Assembly: GCF_964204645.1 (NCBI RefSeq)
Contig: NC_134031.1
Span: 10,477,988-10,541,987 of the forward strand
Origin: Tubulanus polymorphus
Lineage: Eukaryota > Animalia > Nemertea
DNA: 64,000 nucleotides
Reading direction: 5' to 3'
Shown: positions 1 to 11,980 of the stretch, piece by piece
Position numbering within the stretch: position 1 is the first letter of the stretch
How the letters are laid out: each line of letters starts with the position of its first letter
Translations under genes and position numbers: made by a program
Notes under the pieces: generated by a model
Seen by the model: the letters and a program-made list of their open reading frames with translations, nothing else
Database searches by the model: none
Told to the model about the DNA's origin: nothing

Positions 1-3000
1 CGTCTTTTCTCGCGCTGAACGACGTTTTCGCGTCAAAAAGTACTTTTCCTGACGATTTGAGGGCTTTTACGCATCGACATTGTCGTTTTTCCCATAGGGG
101 GAATATTTGATACGAAAACGTCTTTTCTCGCGCTGAACGACGTTTTCGCGTCGAAAAGTGCTTTTCCTGACGATTTGAGCGCTTTTACGCATCGACATTG
201 TCGTTTTTTTTTCCCATAGGGGGAATATTTGATACGAAAACGTCTTTTCTCGCGCTGAACGACGTTTTCGCGTCGAAAATTGCTTTTCCTGACGATTTGA
301 GCGCTTTTACGCATCGACATTGTCGTTTTTCCCATAGGGGGAATATTTGATACGAAAACGTCTTTTCTCGCGCTTAACGACGTTTTCGGGTCGAAAAGTG
401 GTTTTCCTGACGATTTGAGCGCTTTTACACATCGACATTGTCGTTTTTCCCATAGGGGGAATATTTGATACGAAAACGTCTTTTCTCGCGCTGAACGACG
501 TTTTCGCGTCGAAAAGTGCTTTTCCTGACGATTTGGGCGCTTCAACTCATCGACATTGTCGTTTTTCCCATAGGGGGAATATTTGATACGAAAACGTCTT
601 TTCTCGCGCTGAACGACGTTTTCGGGTCGAAAAGTGGTTTTCCTGACGATTTGAGCGCTTTTACGCATCGAAATTGTCGTTTTTCCCATAGGGGGAATAT
701 TTGATACGAAAACGTCTTTTCTCGCGCTGAACGACGTTTTCGCGTCGAAAAGTGCTTTTCCTGACGATTTGAGCGCTTTTACGCATCGACATTGTCGTTT
801 TTCCCATAGGGGGAATATTTGATACGAAAACGTCTTTTCTCGCGCTTAACGACGTTTTCGGGTCGAAAAGTGGTTTTCCTGACGATTTGAGCGCTTTTAC
901 ACATCGACATTGTCGTTTTTCCCATAGGGGGAATATTTGATACGAAAACGTCTTTTCTCGCGCTGAACGACGTTTTCGGGTCGAAAAGTGGTTTTCCTGA
1001 CGATTTGAGCGCTTTTACGCATCGACATTGTCGTTTTTCCCATAGGGGGAATATTTGATACGAAAACGACTTTTCTCGCGCTGAACGACGTTTTCGGGTC
1101 GAAAAGTGGTTTTCCTGACGATTTGAGCGCTTTTACGCATCGCCATTGTCGTTTTTCCCATAGGGGGAATATTTGATACGAAAACGACTTTTCTCGCGCT
1201 GAACGACGTTTTCGGGTCGAAAAGTGGTTTTCCTGACGATTTGAGCGCTTTTACGCATCGCCATTGTCGTTTTTCCCATAGGGGGAATATTTGATACGAA
1301 AACGTCTTTTCTCGCGCTGAACGACGTTTTCGCGTCGAAAAGTACTTTTCCTGACGATTTGTGGGCTTTTACGCATCGACATTGTCGTTTTTCCCATAGG
1401 GGGAATATTTGATACGAAAACGTCTTTTCTCGCGCTGAACGACGTTTTCGCGTCGAAAAGTGCTTTTCCTGACGATTTGAGCGCTTCAACTCATCGACAT
1501 TGTCGTTTTTCCCATAGGGGGAATATTTGATACGAAAACGTCTTTTCTCGCGCTGAACGACGTTTTCGCGTCGAAAAGTGCTTTTCCTGACGATTTGAGC
1601 GCTTTTACGCATCGACATTGTCGTTTTTCCCATAGGGGGAATATTTGATACGAAAACGTCTTTTCTCGCGCTGAACGACGTTTTCGGGTCGAAAAGTGGT
1701 CTTCCTGACGATTTGAGCGCTTTTACGCATCGACATTGTCGTTTTTCCCATAGGGGGAATATTTGATACGAAAACGTCTTTTCTCGCGCTGAACGATGTT
1801 TTCGCGTCGAAAAGTGGTTTTCCTGACGATTTGAGTGCTTTTACGCATCGACATTGTCGTTTTTCCCATAGGGGGAATATTTGAAACGAAAACGTCTTTT
1901 CTCGCGCTGAACGACGTTTTCGGGTCGAAAAGTGCTTTTCCTGACGATATGAGCCCTTTTACGCATCGACATTGTCGTTTTTCCCATAGGGGGAATATTT
2001 CATACGAAAACGTCTTTTCTCGCGCTGAACGACGTTTTCGGGTCGAAAAGTGGTTTTCCTGACGATTTGAGCGCTTTTACGCATCGCCATTGTCGTTTTT
2101 CCCTATGGGGGAATATTTGATACGAAAACGTCTTTTCTCGCGCTGAACGACGTTTTCGCGTCGAAAAGTACTTTTCCTGACGATTTCAGGGCTTTTACGC
2201 ATCGACATTGTCGTTTTTCCCATAGGGGGAATATTTGATACGAAAACGTCTTTTCTTGCGCTGAACGACCATTTCGCGTCGAAAAGTGCTTTTCCTGACG
2301 ATTTGAGCGCTTCAACTCATCGACATTGTCGTTTTTCCCTTAGGGGGAATATTTGATACGAAAACGTCTTTTCTCGCGCTGAACGACGTTTTCGGGTCGA
2401 AAAGTGGTTTTCCTGACGATTTGAGCGCTTTTACGCATCGACATTGTCCTTTTTCCCATAGGGGGAATATTTGATACGAAAACGTCTTTTCTCGCGCTGA
2501 ACGATGTTTTCGCGTCGAAAAGTGGTTTTCCTGACGATTTGAGTGCTTTTACGCATCGACATTGTCGTTTTTCCCATAGGGGGAATATTTGAAACGAAAA
2601 CGTCTTTTCTCGCGCTGAACGACGTTTTCGGGTCGAAAAGTGCTTTTCCTGACGATATGAGCCCTTTTACGCATCGACATTGTCGTTTTTCCCATAGGGG
2701 GAATATTTCATACGAAAACGTCTTTTCTCGCGCTGAACGACGTTTTCGGGTCGAAAAGTGGTTTTCCTGACGATTTGAGCGCTTTTACGCATCGCCATTG
2801 TCGTTTTTCCCATAGGGGGAATATTTGATACGAAAACGTCTTTTCTCGCGCTGAACGACGTTTTCGCGTCGAAAAGTACTTTTCCTGACGATTTCAGGGC
2901 TTTTACGCATCGACATTGTCGTTTTTCCCATAGGGGGAATATTTGATACGAAAACGTCTTTTCTCGCGCTGAACGACCATTTCGCGTCGAAAAGTGCTTT

Positions 3001-6000
3001 TCCTGACGATTTGAGCGCTTCAACTCATCGACATTGTCGTTTTTCCCATAGGGGGAATATTTGATACGAAAACGTCTTTTCTCGCGCTGAACGACGTTTT
3101 TGGGTCGAAAAGTGCTTTTCCTGACGATTTGAGCGCTTTTTCGCATCGACATTGTCGTTTTTCCCATAGGGGGAATATTTGATACGAAAACGTTTTTTTC
3201 TCGCGCTGAACGACGTTTTCGGGTCGAAAAGTGGTTTTCCTGACGATTTGAGCGCTTTTACGCATCGACATTGTCGTTTTTCCCATAGGGGGAATATTTG
3301 ATACGAAAACGTCTTTTCTCGCGCTGAACGACGTTTTCGGGTCGAAAAGTGGTTTTCCTGACGATTTGAGTGCTTTTACGCATCGACATTGTCGTTTTTC
3401 CCATAGGGGGAATATTTGTACGAAAACGTCTTTTCTCGCGCTGAACGACGTTTTTGGGTCGAAAAGTGCTTTTCCTGACGATTTGAGCGCTTTTACGCAT
3501 CGACATTGTCGTTTTTCCCATAGGGGGAATATTTGATACGAAAACGTCTTTTCTCGCGCTGAACGACGTTTTCGGGTCGAAAAGTGGTCTTCCTGACGAT
3601 TTGAGCGCTTTTACGCATCGACATTGTCGTTTTTCCCATAGGGGGAATATTTGATACGAAAACGTCTTTTCTCGCGCTGAACGACGTTTTCGCGTCGAAA
3701 AGTGGTTTTCCTGACGATTTGAGCGCTTTTACGCATCGACATTGTCGTTTTTCCCATAGGGGGAATATTTCATACGAAAACGTCTTTTCTCGCGCTGAAC
3801 GACGTTTTCGGGTCGAAAAGTGGTCTTCCTGACGATTTGAGCGCTTTTACGCATCGACATTGTCGTTTTTCCCATAGGGGGAATATTTGATACGAAAACG
3901 TCTATTCTCGCGCTGAACGACGTTTTCGGGTCGAAAAGTGCTTTTCCTTACGATTTGAGCCCTTTTACGCATCGACATTGTCGTTTTTCCCATAGGGGGA
4001 ATATTTCATACGAAAACGTCTTTTCTCGAGCTGAACGACGTTTTCGGGTCGAAAAGTGGTTTTCCTGACGATTTGAGCGCTTTTACGCATCGCCATTGTC
4101 GTTTTTCCCATAGGGGGAATATTTGATACGAAAACGTCTATTCTCGCGCTGAACGACGTTTTCGGGTCGAAAAGTGCTTTTCCTGACGATTTGAGCCCTT
4201 TTACGCATCGACATTGTCGTTTTTCCCATAGGGGGAATATTTGATACGAAAACGTCTTTTCTCGCGCTGAACGACGTTTTCGCGTCGAAAAGTACTTTTC
4301 CTGACGATTTGAGGGCTTTTACGCATCGACATTGTCGTTTTTCCCATAGGGGGAATATTTGATACGAAAACGTCTTTTCTCGCGCTGAACGACGTTTTCG
4401 CGTCGAAAAGTGCTTTTCCTGACGATTTGAGCGCTTCAACTCATCGACATTGTCGTTTTTCCCATAGGGGGAATATTTGATACGAAAACGTCTTTTCTCG
4501 CGCTGAACGACGTTTTCGGGTCGAAAAGTGGTTTTCCTGACGATTTGAGCGCTTTTACGCATCGACATTGTCGTTTTTCCCATAGGGGGAATATTTGATA
4601 CGAAAACGTCTTTTCTCGCGCTGAACGACGTTTTTGGGTCGAAAAGTGCTTTTCCTGACGATTTGAGCGCTTTTTCGCATCGACATTGTCGTTTTTCCCA
4701 TAGGGGGAATATTTGATACGAAAACGTTTTTTTCTCGCGCTGAACGACGTTTTCGGGTCGAAAAGTGGTTTTCCTGACGATTTGAGCGCTTTTACGCATC
4801 GACATTGTCGTTTTTCCCATAGGGGGAATATTTGATACGAAAACGTCTTTTCTCGCGCTGAACGACGTTTTCGGGTCGAAAAGTGCTTTTCCTGACGATT
4901 TGAGCGCTTTTTCGCATCGACATTGTCGTTTTTCCCATAGGGGGAATATTTGATACGAAAACGGGTTTTCTCGCGCTGAACGACGTTTTCGCGTCGAAAA
5001 GTGCTTTTCCTGACGATTTGAGCGCTTTTACGCATCGAAATTGTCGTTTTTCCCATAGGGGGAATATTTGATACGAAAACGTCTTTTCTCGCGCTGAACG
5101 ACGTTTTCGGGTCGGAAAGTGCTTTTTTTGACGATTTGAGCGCTTTTTCGCATCGACATTGTCGTTTTTCCCATAGGGGGAATATTTGATACGAAAACGG
5201 GTTTTCTCGCGCTGAACGACGTTTTCGCGTCGAAAAGTGCTTTTCCTGACGATTTGAGCGCTTTTACGCATCGAAATTGTCGTTTTTCCCATAGGGGGAA
5301 TATTTGATACGAAAACGTCTTTTCTCGCGCTGAACGACGTTTTCGCGTCGAAAAGTGCTTTTCCTGACGATTTGAGCGCTTTTACGCATCGACATTGTCG
5401 TTTTTCCCATAGGGGGAATATTTGATACGAAAACGTCTTTTCTCGCGCTGAACGACGTTTTCGCGTCGAAAAGTGCTTTTCCTGACGATTTGAGCGCTTT
5501 TACGCATCGACATTGTCGTTTTTCCCATAGGGGGAATATTTGATACGAAAACGTCTTTTCTCGCGCTGAACGACGTTTTCGCGTCGAAAAGTGCTTTTCC
5601 TGACGATTTGAGCGCTTTTACGCATCGACATTGTCGTTTTTCCCATAGGGGGAATATTTGATACGAAAACGTCTTTTCTCGCGCTGAACGACGTTTTCGC
5701 ATCGAAAAGTGCTTTTCCTGACGATTTGAGCGCTTTTACGCATCGACATTGTCGTTTTTCCCATACGGGGAATATTTGATACGAAAACGGGTTTTCTCGC
5801 GCTGAACGACGTTTTCGCGTCGAAAAGTGCTTTTCCTGACGATTTGAGCGCTTTTACGCATCGAAATTGTCGTTTTTCCCATAGGGGGAATATTTGATAC
5901 GAAAACGTCTTTTCTCGCGCTGAACGACGTTTTCGCGTCGAAAAGTGCTTTTCCTGACGATTTGAGCGCTTTTACGCATCGACATTGTCGTTTTTTTTTC

Positions 6001-8589
6001 CCATAGGGGGAATATTTGATACGAAAACGTCTTTTCTCGCGCTGAACGACGTTTTCGCGTCGAAAATTGCTTTTCCTGACGATTTGAGCGCTTTTACGCA
6101 TCGACATTGACGTTTTTCCCATAGGGGGAATATTTGATACGAAAACGTCTTTTCTCGCGCTGAACGACGTTTTCGCGTCGAAAATTGCTTTTCCTGACGA
6201 TTTGAGCGCTTTTACGCATCGACATTGTCGTTTTTCCCATAGGGGGAATATTTGATACGAAAACGTCTTTTCTCGCGCTTAACGACGTTTTCGGGTCGAA
6301 AAGTGGTTTTCCTGACGATTTGAGCGCTTTTACACATCGACATTGTCGTTTTTCCCATAGGGGGAATATTTGATACGAAAACGTCTTTTCTCGCGCTGAA
6401 CGACGTTTTCGGGTCGAAAAGTGCTTTTCCTGACGATTTGAGCGCTTTTACGCATCGACATTGTCGTTTTTCCCATAGGGGGAATATTTGATACGAAAAC
6501 GACTTTTCTCGCGCTGAACGACGTTTTCGGGTCGAAAAGTGGTTTTCCTGACGATTTGAGCGCTTTTACGCATCGCCATTGTCGTTTTTCCCATAGGGGG
6601 AATATTTGATACGAAAACGTCTTTTCTCGCGCTGAACGACGTTTTCGCGTCGAAAAGTACTTTTCCTGACGATTTGTGGGCTTTTACGCATCGACATTGT
6701 CGTTTTTCCCATAGGGGGAATATTTGATACGAAAACGTCTTTTCTCGCGCTGAACGACGTTTTCGCGTCGAAAAGTGCTTTTCCTGACGATTTGAGCGCT
6801 TCAACTCATCGACATTGTCGTTTTTCCCATAGGGGGAATATTTGATACGAAAACGTCTTTTCTCGCGCTGAACGACGTTTTCGCGTCGAAAAGTGCTTTT
6901 CCTGACGATTTGAGCGCTTTTACGCATCGACATTGTCGTTTTTCCCATAGGGGGAATATTTGATACGAAAACGTCTTTTCTCGCGCTGAACGACGTTTTC
7001 GGGTCGAAAAGTGGTCTTCCTGACGATTTGAACGCTTTTACGCATCGACATTGTCGTTTTTCCCATAGGGGGAATATTTGATACGAAAACGTCTTTTCTC
7101 GCGCTGAACGACGTTTTCGCGTCGAAAAGTGGTTTTCCTGACGATTTGAGCGCTTTTACGCATCGACATTGTCGTTTTTCCCATAGGGGGAATATTTGAA
7201 ACGAAAACGTCTATTCTCGCGCTGAACGACGTTTTCGGGTCGAAAAGTGCTTTTCCTGACGATTTGAGCCCTTTTACGCATCGACATTGTCGTTTTTCCC
7301 ATAGGGGGAATATTTCATACGAAAACGTCTTTTCTCGCGCTGAACGACGTTTTCGGGTCGAAAAGTGGTTTTCCTGACGATTTGAGCGCTTTTACGCATC
7401 GCCATTGTCGTTTTTCCCATAGGGGGAATATTTGATACGAAAACGTCTTTTCTCGCGCTGAACGACGTTTTCGCGTCGAAAAGTGCTTTTCCTGACGATT
7501 TGAGCGCTTTTACGCATCGACATTGTCGTTTTTCCCATAGGGGGAATATTTGATACGAAAACGTCTTTTCTCGCGCTGAACGACGTTTTCGGGTCGAAAA
7601 GTGGTCTTCCTGACGATTTGAGCGCTTTTACGCATCGACATTGTCGTTTTTCCCATAGGGGGAATATTTGATACGAAAACGTCTTTTCTCGCGCTGAACG
7701 ACGTTTTCGCGTCGAAAAGTGGTTTTCCTGACGATTTGAGCGCTTTTACGCATCGACATTGTCGTTTTTCCCATAGGGGGAATATTTGAAACGAAAACGT
7801 CTATTCTCGCGCTGAACGACGTTTTCGGGTCGAAAAGTGCTTTTCCTGACGATTTGAGCCCTTTTACGCATCGACATTGTCGTTTTTCCCATAGGGGGAA
7901 TATTTCATACGAAAACGTCTTTTCTCGCGCTGAACGACGTTTTCGGGTCGAAAAGTGGTTTTCCTGACGATTTGAGCGCTTTTACGCATCGCCATTGTCG
8001 TTTTTCCCATAGGGGGAATATTGATACGAAAACGTCTTTTCTCGCGCTGAACGACGTTTTCGCGTCGAAAAGTACTTTTCCTGACGATTTGAGGGCTTTT
8101 ACGCATCGACATTGTCGTTTTTCCCATAGGGGGAATATTTGATACGAAAACGTCTTTTCTCGCGCTGAACGACGTTTTCGGGTCGAAAAGTGGTTTTCCT
8201 GACGATTTGAGCGCTTCAACTCATCGACATTGTCGTTTTTCCCATAGGGGGAATATTTGATACGAAAACGTCTTTTCTCGCGCTGAACGACGTTTTCGGG
8301 TCGAAAAGTGGTTTTCCTGACGATTTGAGCGCTTTTACGCATCGACATTGTCGTTTTTCCCATAGGGGGAATATTTGATACGAAAACGTCTTTTCTCGCG
8401 CTGAACGACGTTTTCGCGTCGAAAAGTGCTTTTCCTGACGATTTGAGCGCTTTTACGCATCGACATTGTCGTTTTTTTTCCCATAGGGGGAATATTTGAT
8501 ACGAAAACGTCTTTTCTCGCGCTGAACGACGTTTTCGCGTCGAAAATTGCTTTTCCTGACGATTTGAGCGCTTTTACGCATCGACATTG
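1..8589. repeat. 118-bp tandem satellite array, segment 1 (~73 monomers)
   Basis: Consensus monomer cgtcttttctcgcgctgaacgacgttttcg(c/g)gtcgaaaagtg(c/g)ttttcctgacgatttgagcgcttttacgcatcgacattgtcgtttttcccatagggggaatatttgatacgaaaa. It restarts at 1 and 119 and continues head-to-tail with only a few substitutions per monomer. Confidence 0.99.
8586..8589. other. Left target-site duplication ATTG (partner at 14988-14991)
   Basis: Satellite ...cgac-ATTG|aacacgtt...aacgcgtt|ATTG-tcgttttt. The uninterrupted monomer has a single ATTG at this position. Confidence 0.93.
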
Positions 8590-9075
8590 AACACGTTCCC
8601 AAATGTTTTGATACTTTCTCAGTTTGTATCAAAAATATTGCCAATTTCTTGTCCTTGAGTCCTGAAAAATGATAAATTTACAGCGCAAAATCGTACAAAC
8701 GTGTCAATTATACTTCTAAACACTTTATTTGCGGACCAGTTTATGAATTGAGCGTGGGCCATAGAGCGCTATATCCGCCTGTGATCTCGACTTTCAATTT
8801 ATTACGTAAGCTATTCGTGAACAAAATGCGGCCGGCGCACAATAGAAACTTCGCTCTATGTATTCTTTCATAACCGCCGACAAAGAGGACCGATATTTCG
8901 CAAATTGGATTCGGGAGGTTTAAACCTCCCAAGGTCAAATCACTAAAATTGTGACCTTCGTGGAAATTATCTAAAAAGCCGATGGTAATCAAATTTAGCA
9001 GAACCTTTTACCCAAACGTTCAATGGTTTGAAAATCTTTCAATGGCATTCCTAAGTATTTGATGAAAGTTGAGAA
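8590..9075 (+). repeat. Left TIR of copy 1
   Basis: aacacgttcccaaatgttttgatactttctcagtttgtatcaaaaatattg... aligns to the reverse complement of 14505-14987. Identity is about 90% near the end and declines inward (by eye). The inner boundary is approximate. Confidence 0.92.
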
Positions 9076-10864
9076 ATCATAAGATATTCATATAACCATG
9101 GACTCTAAAACCTAAATCATATAAGAGTCCCCGATATAAACAAAAAAACTTCGCATAACGAAGAAGCAAAAATTCGAATCTGATTCATCTGTTTGGAATT
9201 GATTCTTATGAAATAGAAAACAAATGCGTGAGCACTACTCATTCATTCAATTTACTTTGCGGCTTTACAACGGCTATTTCACTGGTTCTGCGTGATGAGA
9301 TAATTCTGATTAAAGTTATTGTTATAATTTCTATATGTATATACGTAATGATACTCTTTCTGAATAAAGGATGCACGTTATTCGAATCCCCACCATTGTT
9401 CTCTACAATGTACGTTAATCAAACTCACGATAAAACCAGAGCCAAAACCATGGACTCAAAAACGAAGAATCCGTGGTCAAACATACAATTCTAATTTCCC
9501 CGTTAGTTCACTGATGCCGTCAGTTTCTATCGAATGCAAGGATTCTAGCCAATCAGAGAGGCGCATGTACACATCCATTGGCATGTTAGTTATAGTACAA
9601 CTTAGACAATAATCAAGGTTCGAGCCAATGTCAGTAACTAGAATATGTTCTTTCATCAAATACAAATAACTCAGCAGTAGTCAGTTAGTTGAGTTTGTTT
9701 GACTTGATTTGTATTTCATCAATCAATCTATTTCATTTTATTTCAAAGTACAAACTAAACGCTTGAATTGCTTATAACACGACCAGGTATGAATTAGAAT
9801 AGATCGGCTTAATATTTCGAATGCAAATTTGGCGTTTAAGCAATCGGAAATTCGAAGTGCTTGAGAAATTTTTCAATACGCCCATTACTTCGAATAGCGA
9901 TAAGTTCATTGACACATGTGACCATTGTTGTGTTACTTTCGATAGCGAGTCGAATAAGCTATGCGACAGCTAACGACAGCACAATCGCAATATCAACAGA
10001 AGTTCATTTTATCCTACATGATGAGGCTAAATTCAGTGAAATCGATCGTGTTCTGAAATATATATTTTCCTGGATACATGTTGTCTATTGTAGCTATTCT
10101 ATGCGGTTTTACATTAACCTGCTATAACATATTGACCGTTTTCAAGAACCCAAAAATTACAATTTTCTGGGTATCTGTTTTTTTTTTCAAAAACAACCCA
10201 AACCCGAAATTGTGTACAGTTAGTACGCAGCGTATATACTGTCGGATTAGAGAATATTGAAAAAACTTAGAAAAAGTTCAGTGAAGGAAAATAAGCTCAG
10301 CAGTGACAAATTGTCATTTCATCCCCTGCACGTGATTAATTGATGTCCAAATATCTTCTACCGTGAAAACTCTGCATTTAGCGTCAAACGAATTTTTGTA
10401 TACGTATCTCAGGATGCATGCTCTTCAAAAAGATAGCCTATTAGGAAAAAACTTACCCGGTAAAATCCTAATTTGTCCTAAACGATATTCCAACTATTAT
10501 TTTGTTAATTATTCAACTATCATCACTAACTGGGTAAGTTAGTTGAACTTACATAAAGATATTTCATTAGGGACACTTCAATTTCACACCATTCAATATC
10601 ATAAGGGAACAAAATTCTTTGAAACTTGGTAGTTCTTAAGACTAGGTTTTGTTTCCGAAATTTACTAAATGTACCAATTCTAATAATTCACTCATTGAAG
10701 CTTCTATATATAAAAAGCGAAAGCTCGTGCGTCGGAATAAATAGTTAACCTTTAAACTACTACTCGTCTCTTCGTTTAAATTCAAATAATATAAGTCTTT
10801 ATTGATTCTTTTTTGTTGAAATATGCATAACTTTTTCTGGGCAAATTTCTATATTCTGTCAAGT

Positions 10865-10911
10865 CATGGACTCTAAAACGATTTAGACATTAAAACGTTT
10901 TAGAGTCCATG
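10865..10911. repeat. Perfect 16-bp inverted repeat hairpin catggactctaaaacg / cgttttagagtccatg with 15-nt loop
   Basis: Read directly. Degenerate relatives at 9094-9130, 9447-9477 and 14263-14301. Duplicate at 26845-26891. Confidence 0.9.
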
Positions 10912-11770
10912 TTTGGCTATAACGAATATGACTAACTCCCTGGGGCAACGATGTGGCTGATGAAATGATCTCTCCCATTGTAATCCCACCATTTAATTAC
11001 TCATTGTATAACAACTCTCACAATTAAGCCTCGGACTCTTAAACGAATTATGAGTGCATGCTTTAGTATAGGCTCTGATATACCGGGTAGAGCATATTGT
11101 CTTGATTTAGAACATGTATGCATAAACTCTAGGCTGCAAAGAAATACGTTTTCAGCGGCTCTAATCGAGTTAAATTTTTCGTGATAGATTAACACAGAAA
11201 GGCGACACCCAATCGCTGCTTATTGACATTAGGCACAAGTCACTGTTATGTTCATTAGTAAAACTAATATAGAATGAATAAGTGAGGAGGGAAAATGTAT
11301 AAATTAAATTTATAAATGAATTTATAAGAATTTAGCATGCATCGGAGTGCACTTAAATTGGATTATTACAAAATAACTCACTTCAAAATTTATGATATTG
11401 TTTCATTGATATTTATTACTTTAAAGCAATTCACTTTAAGAACTTTGGTCAACAATAAGTCTGACCTGCAAATCAAATCATCGGGAGACAAAATACTGTT
11501 TCAAAAAATTATATTGCTAATACATTCCTAATCTTAACCTTTCGCCATAAACCTACTGGATTTAGAGCCTGGGGCATTTTAGATGGTTGTAGGTAGAAAT
11601 CCCCTAGGTAAAATCCTCACCTGACGATTTTTCAAGAACATTTGAAAGCACGATATTTATTCAAACATATTCCTCCACAATACAACTGCAATATATTTGA
11701 ACTGTGCATTGAACTATTTTGTTGAAATAAATCTTTAAATAAATTCATAGAATAAATGAAATTAATGAAC

Positions 11771-11841
11771 TTTTTATTCATACTACCTTTTCATATTTTT
11801 ATTCATACTATCTTTTCATATTTTTATTCATACTATCTTTT
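11771..11841. repeat. 25-bp minisatellite (tttttattcatactatcttttcata) x ~2.8
   Basis: Units start at 11771, 11796 and 11821, with one mismatch. Duplicate at 27751-27821. Confidence 0.95.
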
Positions 11842-11914
11842 AATTCGAAATAAATAACTCTTTTTTACTTGTGGTATAGTATGCTTATGATATGGATTCG
11901 ATTTACGTATCAAT

Positions 11915-11980
11915 ATGTTCATGTTGACAGGGGCCTGATGATGGCTAATAGCATTAGCCGAAACATTGCTCGTAGAACAT
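11915..11980 (+). ncRNA. Hammerhead-ribozyme-like motif (minimal type I, Penelope-like), probably degenerate
   Basis: CTGATGA (11935-11941), T, a perfect 7-bp stem ggctaat/attagcc (11943-11959), then GAAAC (11960-11964). Stems I and III are imperfect. Confidence 0.6.

Noticed and set aside
4950-4970. CENP-B box in the aaaacggg variant monomers
   Set aside because: The TTCG half of nTTCGnnnnAnnCGGGn is absent at the required spacing.
1-8589. CRISPR array interpretation of the regular repeats
   Set aside because: No unique spacers and no cas genes; whole monomers repeat.
8585-8589. 5-bp TSD (CATTG)
   Set aside because: The right side reads TATTG, and this choice would break the symmetric AAC/GTT termini. 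ATTG fits exactly.
10897-10905. gttttagag resembles the start of a type II CRISPR repeat
   Set aside because: Only 9 bp, part of a local hairpin, with no regular array or Cas locus.
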